From contig JBMNUI010000004.1 of NCBI GenBank assembly GCA_050946195.1, positions 1-55,993 of the forward strand: a stretch of 55,993 bases of DNA, in the 5' to 3' direction. The translations under genes and the position numbers were made by a program. Origin of the DNA: Eubacteriales bacterium (GTDB lineage: Bacteria; Bacillota; Clostridia; Oscillospirales; CAG-272). Position 1 is the stretch's first letter. Each line of letters begins with the position of its first letter. The notes below the pieces were generated by a model. That model was not told where the DNA came from. It searched no databases and saw only the letters and a program-made list of their open reading frames with translations. Positions 8,797 through 16,351 of the stretch are shown piece after piece.

Positions 8797-10239
8797 ATGA
8801 AAAGGCTTATTCCTGCAATACTTCTGGCAGTGATACTCTCAACCTGTCTCTATACGTTCCCGGGCATGGCGGTCGCCGAGGTGAGCGTATGGGACGGCAC
8901 CCCGGGCACGGGAATTGCACAAGGTTCGGGCACCGAAGCCGACCCCTATGTCATTACAAAAGCCGCCGAGCTTGATTATATTGCAATGGCATGTATGAGC
9001 GGCGAGACCTTTGCCGGCAAATACATAAAGCTCGGCGTCAATATCGACTGGGGCGGCAGGGAATGGACCTCTATTGGCTATTCGACAAGTGCGGTGTTCA
9101 GCGGGTATTTTGACGGCAACGGTAAGACAATCTTCAATCTCACCTGCTCCGACGTGACGGTAGGCATCTTCGGCTATGCGACAAACGCAACTATCAAAAA
9201 CCTCAATATCGATTATGCGACCTTTACGACCAACACCCGCTATGCCGGCGCAATTGTCGGACTGATGCGTGGCAGCGTGGTCTCGAACTGCTCAGCCGGC
9301 GAAAACACCAAAATCACCACTACAGACAGCATGGAAAACACCGCTCAGATAGGCGGCCTTTTCGGGCTGGTCAACAGCAGCTATATCGACAACTGTACGT
9401 TTTACGGCGAAGTGGTGGCGACCTCGATAACCGGAACGTCCTTTGTCGGGGGAATTGCCGGCGTTATAGGAAATGTTTCCGAGGTGAGTTACTGCATCAA
9501 CTACGGTTCGGTATTGGTGACAAGCCCCAGCACTCAGGAAGGCAAATATGCCTTTGCCGGTGGGATTGCCGGCTGCATAGGCTCGAGCAGCGCGGTCGGC
9601 AGCATTAAAAACTGCATAAACAAGGGCACTGTCACGGCGATTGAATATGCCGGTGGCGTGCTCGGGCGGGTTCATGTGGCAGGCAGCAGCATGACCGACT
9701 GCTACAATGTCGGCGATGTTTCGGCAAACCAGGGCTTTGCCGGTGCGATTGTCGGGGAGGTAGCCTATAACTGCGAGATCTCAGGCTGCTATGGTCTGCC
9801 GTCAGGCTCTGCGCTCGACGCATGCGCGTCAATTGTCGATGGTGTGACGGTTGCGTCGGATGCGCTAAAACTCGGCACGACAGCCGAAATTGAGGCGCTT
9901 GAAGGATACAAGAACACCGAAAAATCGGTATCGGAGAACATTCCGGTGTTTGATGTTGTAGTCCCGACCGAGCCGGCTGAGACCACCACCGAGGCGGAAG
10001 AAACCACCACGGCGCCTCAGGATGAAACCACGGCCCCCAAAGACGAGACCACAGCACCTCAGGATGAGACCACCACCTCGCCGACCGAAACCACCACAGC
10101 ATCCCCCGGCGGCACCTCAGGCACTTCCGAGCCCAAGCAAGAAGGATGCAAAAGCGTACTCGGCGGCAGCGCCCTTGTGGCCGCGGCTTTTGTTACACTT
10201 GTTGTTATCAGAAAGAAAAAAGATAATCAGGTTTTATGA
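8797..10239 (+). CDS. Secreted/cell-anchored GLUG-like repeat protein with Thr-rich linker and C-terminal TM anchor
   Basis: Signal peptide; WDG...GSGTEADPYVI; FSGYFDGNGKTI; repeated (V/A)GG(I/L)(A/V)G...C.N.G units; ETTT linker; GCKS-TM-RKKK end. Confidence 0.75.
   Translation: MKRLIPAILLAVILSTCLYTFPGMAVAEVSVWDGTPGTGIAQGSGTEADPYVITKAAELDYIAMACMSGETFAGKYIKLGVNIDWGGREWTSIGYSTSAVFSGYFDGNGKTIFNLTCSDVTVGIFGYATNATIKNLNIDYATFTTNTRYAGAIVGLMRGSVVSNCSAGENTKITTTDSMENTAQIGGLFGLVNSSYIDNCTFYGEVVATSITGTSFVGGIAGVIGNVSEVSYCINYGSVLVTSPSTQEGKYAFAGGIAGCIGSSSAVGSIKNCINKGTVTAIEYAGGVLGRVHVAGSSMTDCYNVGDVSANQGFAGAIVGEVAYNCEISGCYGLPSGSALDACASIVDGVTVASDALKLGTTAEIEALEGYKNTEKSVSENIPVFDVVVPTEPAETTTEAEETTTAPQDETTAPKDETTAPQDETTTSPTETTTASPGGTSGTSEPKQEGCKSVLGGSALVAAAFVTLVVIRKKKDNQVL
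9976..10103 (+). repeat. Intragenic ~21-bp tandem repeat encoding (ETTAPxD)n linker
   Basis: ACCACGGCGCCTCAGGATGAA / ACCACGGCCCCCAAAGACGAG / ACCACAGCACCTCAGGATGAG. Confidence 0.8.
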
Positions 10240-12347
10240 AAAAATCAGTTAAGCTGACGGCAATGCTGCTGTCCCTGCTTTTGGTTGTATTCTGCCTTAA
10301 TGGATGCCAAAATACAGATACACCCGGCCGGGACAGCGGCACCGTCTCGGATGAAAATTCTGTCCCAAGTTTTACGGTTGATGTTTCCCAGTATACGATA
10401 ATCCGGCCCGAAAAAGCCTCGGCGGCCTGTACTCAGGCGGCGGCAGAGCTCAAAAAGCAGATAGACGCCCTCACGGGCGGCAACATCGCCATACGCGATG
10501 ACTGGGTTGCCGATACCTCTGCCATACCCGAGGATGCCTGCGAGATTCTCGTAGGTGCGACAAACAGGGCCGAGTCTAATGGCCTTGCCGCCGAGCTCTC
10601 CGGCATGAAATATGCGATACGGCTGAGCGGCTCCCGGATTGTCATCTCTGCCGTAAACGACCAGTTGCTCTTATATGCGGTCGACTATTTTGTCTCGGAA
10701 TATGTAGCCCGGGGTGCTGGAGAGGGGACCTTCAGCCTGCCCGAGAATCTCAGCTACACAAGCGGCGAGCATAACTCGTTGCCGGTAGTGGTGTCGGGGA
10801 CCCCCCAGTACCATATCGTATATCCGGTCGGCGCTAATCCCGCTATAAAGCCCGAGTATCTTAAGCTTAAGGACGAAATCGACAAGCTTGTCGGCAACCA
10901 GAGCCAGACAATAGGAACCGACCTCCTCTCAAAAGGAGGCAGCTACGACAGCAGCAAGCGAGAAATCCTGCTCGGCGACACCCGGCACGACGAGGTTGCC
11001 GAGGCAATGGAGCAGCTTGCCGCCGACGAGTACGGGATTTTTGCCATCGGCAACAAAATTGTCGTCTGCGGCAGGACGCGCAGCAGCGGCGTGCTTGCGA
11101 TAGGAAAGTTTATTGAACTTTTAAAATCCTCCGTCACAAAGGACGGCGAGGGTAAGGTGAGCCTGAGCCTTGTCTACGAGCGCCCGCTGATTTTCAAGAA
11201 TACAAGCTACAAAACCGACATTCCCGAATTTACCTCGGGCAGGTTATCGGGCGCTTATGACTGCGGGGACGGCGTGCTCGAGATGTATTACACCGGGGTA
11301 TCTCCGGCCGATTATGATTCCTACTGTGAGGCGGCCGGAAAAGCCGGGTTTTCTCTGACCTATTCCCACACCGCTGCGTCTAATACATTCAGGACATATT
11401 CTGACGGCAAAACGCGGTTTTTTGCCTCGTATTCAGCCGGGAAGGGCGTGCTCAGAATCATAACCGAGGATGCCTCAATGACGCCGGCACCTGTCGAGGC
11501 GGCCACATATTCGGAGGTCTGCGCGCCCTCTGTCACACAGCTTGCCCTCTCCTACACCAAGGACAACACCAACGGCATGGGGTATGTAATACAGCTCTCG
11601 GACGGCAGCTTTATCATCTATGACGGCGGCTTTACCGCCGACGCCGAAAATATACTCAACACGCTCAGTGGGCTCACACCCCCCGGAACTACGCCATACG
11701 TCAGGGCATGGATACTGACGCATATGCACGGCGACCATTATCAGGCTTTCGTTGAGTTTGCAAACATCTATGCGTCACAGGTAAAGCTTGACTATGTCGT
11801 CCTCAACGTCGCCGACAAATACTACGATGTGGGTTACAACATTTATACAAACGGCAAGATCTCGTCGGCGCTGGTGAAACTGAAAGCCACAAGACTGCTC
11901 AAGGTCCACGCCGGAACTGTGCTTCGTTTTGCCGATGCCGAAATTGAAATCCTGTGTACCCATGAGGAGCTTTACCCGGAGGTGCTCAACCTTGAATACA
12001 CAAACGACACCTCAATTGTCAGCCACGTGAGCCTCGGCGGGCAGACAATCATCTTCCCGGGGGACATGCAGACGCTTGAGAGCAACATACTGGTCTCGAT
12101 GTACGGCACATATCTCAAAAGCGATTTTGTGCAGATATCCCACCACGGCTCAATAAAGTACCCGGCGACACTGGAGTTTTATCAGACGGTCGACCCGACA
12201 TGGGCCTTTTTCCCGGGCTCAAAGTCGCGTTATGCCGAGAATTCCGGCACTCCCGAAAACTCATACCTGATAAAAAGGCTGGGCGCCGGCAATATATTCG
12301 TAGCCGACTCTGGGAACAAGACCATATTGCTGCCGTTTGGCAAATAA
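10236..12347 (+). CDS. Lipoprotein with two tandem accessory domains and a C-terminal MBL-fold (ComEC-like) metallohydrolase
   Basis: Lipobox LNGC; IIYDGG, THMHGDH, NDTS, PGD, QISHHG MBL motifs; ATGA-type overlap with the previous gene. Confidence 0.82.
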   Translation: MKKSVKLTAMLLSLLLVVFCLNGCQNTDTPGRDSGTVSDENSVPSFTVDVSQYTIIRPEKASAACTQAAAELKKQIDALTGGNIAIRDDWVADTSAIPEDACEILVGATNRAESNGLAAELSGMKYAIRLSGSRIVISAVNDQLLLYAVDYFVSEYVARGAGEGTFSLPENLSYTSGEHNSLPVVVSGTPQYHIVYPVGANPAIKPEYLKLKDEIDKLVGNQSQTIGTDLLSKGGSYDSSKREILLGDTRHDEVAEAMEQLAADEYGIFAIGNKIVVCGRTRSSGVLAIGKFIELLKSSVTKDGEGKVSLSLVYERPLIFKNTSYKTDIPEFTSGRLSGAYDCGDGVLEMYYTGVSPADYDSYCEAAGKAGFSLTYSHTAASNTFRTYSDGKTRFFASYSAGKGVLRIITEDASMTPAPVEAATYSEVCAPSVTQLALSYTKDNTNGMGYVIQLSDGSFIIYDGGFTADAENILNTLSGLTPPGTTPYVRAWILTHMHGDHYQAFVEFANIYASQVKLDYVVLNVADKYYDVGYNIYTNGKISSALVKLKATRLLKVHAGTVLRFADAEIEILCTHEELYPEVLNLEYTNDTSIVSHVSLGGQTIIFPGDMQTLESNILVSMYGTYLKSDFVQISHHGSIKYPATLEFYQTVDPTWAFFPGSKSRYAENSGTPENSYLIKRLGAGNIFVADSGNKTILLPFGK

Positions 12348-12383
12348 TATGGCGCTTAATTTGTCAGGCTGACTTCATACCCG

Positions 12384-12413
12384 CAAAAAAGCACCCGGTG
12401 AGGGTGCTTTTTT
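12384..12413. terminator. Bidirectional intrinsic terminator
   Basis: CAAAAAAGCACCC-ggtga-GGGTGCTTTTTTG between convergent frames. Confidence 0.85.
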
Positions 12414-12450
12414 GCCCCCCGTTGCCATGCGGCAACGGGGGGCTTTCTGA

Positions 12451-12792
12451 TTAATAATGTCTCATTATTTGTACCTTTACGGCTTCAAGCAGGGTTTTCC
12501 ACGCTTCATTGTCGTAGTCTTCGCGTTTCTGGGACTTTAACCATTCTGTCAATTCAGTTAACCGGCTTGTCGTGTTGCTTTGGGAAACACTCTTGGGTTT
12601 TAAGTCATCATACATCTTTTCGTAAAACTTGATGAGCTGCTGATTTGTTGTTTCTCTGTTCCGGACAACCGCGACAAGTAAATTTGCCTTTGACAAATTT
12701 GCATCATTGGCTTCGTCGCTGACTCCCTCGCCGATTTTCATTTGCCTCAGTTCGCCGATTACGCTTTCAAGATAAGCGGTCGAAGCAGCTAT
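12451..12792 (-). pseudogene. Probable 5'-truncated gene remnant (hypothetical protein)
   Basis: Low-GC frame open from 12792 (IAASTAYLESVIGELRQM...RETTNQQLIKFYEKMYDDLKP) directly after a TAA; no convincing RBS before the internal ATG at 12741. Confidence 0.5.
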
Positions 12793-12918
12793 TTATTACA
12801 AAAATACAATACATTGTCAAGTACAATGTTTTCGGTATAAACAAGTGATGCAAAATGAATCCGACCCGCCGCTCTTACCTCGGCTGAGCAAACCTACAAG
12901 ACGGGGCGCCCAATATGC

Positions 12919-12947
12919 TTGACTTTTCATTGGCTTTGATTTATAAT
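12919..12947 (+). promoter_or_regulatory. sigma-A promoter upstream of the EEP gene
   Basis: TTGACT-N17-TATAAT. Confidence 0.6.
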
Positions 12948-13128
12948 TTACATGAATATCCAGAAGAGCAGGCATTGTTTTAAAAAATCGTTGTCTCAAC
13001 CCTCCTCTCAGCCGGTCTTGGCCTTCGGCGATTAATACCAAACCCATAAGTCAAGTGGAATCAGGCTATGTCGGCTCAATGGAAAATGCACCGGATAACG
13101 AAACCGAGAAAGCCCAAGGGGAGATAAA

Positions 13129-14046
13129 ATGACGTTAAAATCAATCCGGATACTGTTCCGCGCTCTGACATTCATTATTCTTGCGGCTGCGCTTGGCTTC
13201 TGCACGCTGCTGCTTGCCTCCTGCGGCACTTCCAAACCGCCGTTGACCGACGGCAACCGAACCGGCGAAACTTCGGGCACGGACACGGACACAGACACGG
13301 ACACGGGTGAAGCCCCCGGCACAGACGAAAGTCTGATCACAGCAAAGGACAGTGAAACCTGCGAGACCCCGCCCGATACAATTTTGAGAGTCGGAAGCTA
13401 TAATATTAAAAACGGCTCACAGGTTAACCACAATTTTAAACTGATTGCCGATGATATAATTGAGATGAACCTTGACATAGTCGGTCTTCAGGAAGTTGAC
13501 CAACTGACCAACCGAAACGGCAGAATCGACACCATGAAGAACCTGGGCCAGTTTACCGGCTACTATTACAAGTTCGCCAAAGCGATATCCTATCAGGGCG
13601 GCGAATACGGAGTGGGGATTCTCAGCCGCTACCCGATTGAATCCTTCGAGGTAATCCGGCTTTACAGCGGCGGCAAGGAACAGCGTGTTCTCAGCCACGC
13701 CGTCATAAACATAAACGGTATTAAAGTCGATTTCTTCAATACCCACCTCTCCTACGAATCCAGGGACATCCGCGACGAGCAGTTCAAGGCTGTCGCCCAA
13801 AAGCTCACCGATTACCAATACTTCATCCTGACCGGCGACTTCAACACCTCCGACACCGCCGAATTTACTGTTATCGCAAAGTCATTTCTAGTCAACCCGA
13901 AAAAATATGTTACCTTTCCGGGTGGCAAATCCCACATCGACAACATCGTCCTCTCTGAAAATTGGGCCGTGATTGATTCCGGAACACTTGAAAAAGGCCA
14001 CTCTGACCATTCGATGCTCTGGGCTGAGATAAAACTTCAAAAGTGA
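13129..14046 (+). CDS. Endonuclease/exonuclease/phosphatase (EEP) family lipoprotein
   Basis: Lipobox LLASC; (TD)n linker; SYNI, DIVGLQEVD, YGVGILSRYPI, NTHL, LTGDFN, IDNI, SDH. Confidence 0.9.
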   Translation: MTLKSIRILFRALTFIILAAALGFCTLLLASCGTSKPPLTDGNRTGETSGTDTDTDTDTGEAPGTDESLITAKDSETCETPPDTILRVGSYNIKNGSQVNHNFKLIADDIIEMNLDIVGLQEVDQLTNRNGRIDTMKNLGQFTGYYYKFAKAISYQGGEYGVGILSRYPIESFEVIRLYSGGKEQRVLSHAVININGIKVDFFNTHLSYESRDIRDEQFKAVAQKLTDYQYFILTGDFNTSDTAEFTVIAKSFLVNPKKYVTFPGGKSHIDNIVLSENWAVIDSGTLEKGHSDHSMLWAEIKLQK

Positions 14047-14112
14047 GAGAAAGTGTGCCTCGCCGCCCGAATATCCGGATATCGACTGTTCGATTCCGCA
14101 CTCCCGTGGCAA

Positions 14113-14147
14113 ACAGAAAAGCCCCATGCGCTGCACTGGGCTTTTCG
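14113..14147 (-). terminator. Terminator of the tRNA operon
   Basis: Minus strand GAAAAGCCC...GGGCTTTTCTGTTT immediately after tRNA-Cys. Confidence 0.7.
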
Positions 14148-14149
14148 AT

Positions 14150-14224
<75 letters not shown>

Positions 14225-14269
14225 ATTGACTTCAAACGGGCACGATTATTGGTCGCGCCCGTTGTCATT

Positions 14270-14345
14270 TGGAGCGGATTACGGGGATCGAACCCGCTAC
14301 CTCGACCTTGGCAAGGTCGCGCTCTACCAAATGAGCTAAATCCGC
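14270..14345 (-). tRNA. tRNA-Gly(GCC)
   Basis: GCGGATTTAGCTCATTTGGTAGAGCGCGACCTTGCCAAGGTCG...GTTCGATCCC...CCA. Confidence 0.97.
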
Positions 14346-14360
14346 ACGGCACAAAGCCGA

Positions 14361-14436
<76 letters not shown>

Positions 14437-14443
14437 AAATTAT

Positions 14444-14520
14444 TGGCGACCCGGATGGGGCTCGAACCCACGACCTCTAGCGTGACAGGCTAGCGTTCTA
14501 ACCAACTGAACTACCGGGCC
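14444..14520 (-). tRNA. tRNA-Asp(GTC)
   Basis: GGCCCGGTAGTTCAGTTGGTTAGAACGCTAGCCTGTCACGCTAG...GTTCGAGCCC...CCA. Confidence 0.97.
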
Positions 14521-14553
14521 GTACTCGGCCGCCGGCCGCCGCCCTTTCGGGGC

Positions 14554-14629
14554 TGGTGGGAACAGCAGGGCTCGAACCTACGACCCCCTGCGTGTAAAGC
14601 AGGTGCTCTCCCAGCTGAGCTATGCTCCC
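14554..14629 (-). tRNA. tRNA-Val(TAC)
   Basis: GGGAGCATAGCTCAGCTGGGAGAGCACCTGC-TTTACAC-GCAGG...GTTCGAGCCC...CCA. Confidence 0.97.
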
Positions 14630-14671
14630 AGACATGATTCTTGCCTGCTTTCCGTCTTGGCGACGGGTATC

Positions 14672-14700
14672 ATTATATCATAGACATTTTGCTTTGTCAA
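14672..14700 (-). promoter_or_regulatory. sigma-A promoter of the tRNA operon
   Basis: TTGACA-N17-TATAAT with extended TG and an A-rich UP region. Confidence 0.88.
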
Positions 14701-14844
14701 CACCTTTTTTGTTTTTTATGCACCCTCCGGTTATGTGGAAAAACTATAATTACAAAGCCGATTTACGGGCTTTCACGGTATGCCGGCCGGCGCGGCAGCC
14801 GTTGATTATTCAGACTCAAAAGTATGCCAAAGATAGTTGGCAGG

Positions 14845-15783
14845 CTACATTCCGTTTTCCATGTATTCGGACTTTGTGGCGTTTATCAGGTCATATACGC
14901 GCTTGGCATCGGCAATGTCGATGAAGGAGTCGAGCAGGCTGTTTGTGTATGCCACCCTGTCGTAGCGCCTGCCATAAGGATACTCGGGGGCGTGTGTCGG
15001 GGTGACAAACACGATTGTCCCGCAGCCTGTTCCGCGGCGGCTGAGGATCAGCCTGACCTCGCTCAGCCGGCGGTAGCTTATGTCCCTGAAGCGGTTGACC
15101 CGGCCGGTAATGCAGAGCATCACCCTCATGTTGGTCACCGCATAATAGATGTTCGGCTTGTTGATATTGAGCACTATCGTCTTGCCGAAGACGGTATAGA
15201 GCCATATTCCGAAAAAGAACAGGCCGAATAACGCCACAAAGCTGCTTAATCTGATGCTGTAGACAAGCCAAAAAAAGATAAATCCAAACACTATAATGTT
15301 AAGTATGTGTACGGCCCCGCTCTTGCGGACCCCGACGTGCTCGGTGGTCGGCTGGCCTGACCAGAGCACCTTTTCGTTGTCGGCAAGATAGGCGGCAAGC
15401 GGGCTTTTCCAAATATCCGACCGGCCGCCCGGCTCGCCGGCAAATGTCCGGTTTCTGTCGCCCGGGATCTTAACCCCCTCGCCGACATTGCCGAGACTTT
15501 CCCCCGCCCCATAGGCGCCGCTGCCTGCCGGTGTTTTTTCTATGCTCAGCGTAGTCTCGGCCTGCCGGGAAGTTTGGCCTCGGGCTGTCCCGCTTAGCTC
15601 CTCGACCGTGACGCCAAACAGCTTTGCAAGCAGGTCAAGCTCGGCCGGGTTCGGCAGCTCTCTCCCGGATTCCCAGACTATAACTGTTGCCGGCTTTACC
15701 TCAAGCATTCTGGCAACGCGCTCGACAGACATCTCGCGCTTTTCTCTGAGTTGCCTTATTTTCTCTCCTACACTGCTCTTCAT
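14845..15783 (-). CDS. XRE-family HTH protein fused to a membrane/bacterial PH-like domain
   Basis: N-terminal GEKIRQLRE..MS...VA..L.V...TV..WESG...P; then L..NEKVLWSGQP, two TM helices and YAVTNMRV. Confidence 0.75.
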   Translation of the reverse strand: MKSSVGEKIRQLREKREMSVERVARMLEVKPATVIVWESGRELPNPAELDLLAKLFGVTVEELSGTARGQTSRQAETTLSIEKTPAGSGAYGAGESLGNVGEGVKIPGDRNRTFAGEPGGRSDIWKSPLAAYLADNEKVLWSGQPTTEHVGVRKSGAVHILNIIVFGFIFFWLVYSIRLSSFVALFGLFFFGIWLYTVFGKTIVLNINKPNIYYAVTNMRVMLCITGRVNRFRDISYRRLSEVRLILSRRGTGCGTIVFVTPTHAPEYPYGRRYDRVAYTNSLLDSFIDIADAKRVYDLINATKSEYMENGM

Positions 15784-15909
15784 TTGCTCTCCATGCCGCC
15801 CGTGCGGACAGATTTGTAAAAGTTGCCTATCCCCGAAATCCGGGGCTATAAGAAAAACTCGGCCATCATACCCATTGTGGCCGGTTCCTCAGGGTTTTAT
15901 CCCCCCGTG

Positions 15910-16212
15910 CTACCTGCGCTTGTCAAGCTTTTCAAGCTTCTCGAGCACGCTGAGATAGCCGTCGCTGCCGTATTTGAGGCAGCGGTTGACCCGGCTGATG
16001 GTGGCGGTGCTGAGTCCGGTCTGCTGGGCGATTTCTGAATAAATGTGGTTTTCGTACAGCATTTTTGCCGCCTGCATCCTCCGCGACATTTCCTGCAGTT
16101 CGGATACCGTGCACAGATCCTCAAAAAAGTTATAGCACTCCTCAATCGTCTCAAGTGTAAGTATTGCCCTGAACAGGAAATCGAGCTTTTCGTCTCTGAT
16201 TTTGTTCTTCAT
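15910..16212 (-). CDS. hisR: YerC/YecD TrpR-like repressor (HisR)
   Basis: LFRAILTLET.EECY.FFEDLCT..EL..MSRR...TGLSTATISRVNRCLKYG; HisR-like operator in its own promoter. Confidence 0.85.
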   Translation of the reverse strand: MKNKIRDEKLDFLFRAILTLETIEECYNFFEDLCTVSELQEMSRRMQAAKMLYENHIYSEIAQQTGLSTATISRVNRCLKYGSDGYLSVLEKLEKLDKRR

Positions 16213-16291
16213 CTCGCCTCTCCTTGCCTGACATGCCGGCCCTGAAAGGCCGCGTTATTTGCCGAGCTGGCAACCTCTCATGTCTTGACTT

Positions 16292-16320
16292 ATTTTAATA
16301 CTTTTCCTGCCTAAAGTAAA
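16292..16320 (-). promoter_or_regulatory. hisR promoter (TTTACT-N17-TAAAAT) overlapped by a HisR-type operator
   Basis: TACTTTTCCTGCCTAAAGTA (16299-16318) matches YACTTTA-N6-TAAAGTR at 13 of 14 defined positions. Confidence 0.7.
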
Positions 16321-16351
16321 GTGCTTTTTGTAATTTTCACATAAGTCCGGC

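Noticed and set aside
13279-13306. ACGGAC hexamer run as a phase-variable repeat
   Set aside because: An in-frame 6-bp unit with synonymous variation encoding a (TD)n lipoprotein linker; it cannot frameshift.
14086-14106. GTTCGATTCC T-loop-like fragment as an att site of an island at tRNA-Cys
   Set aside because: Opposite orientation to the tRNA, only ~11 nt of match, no integrase, and no tRNA 3' duplication seen at the other side of the accessory block.
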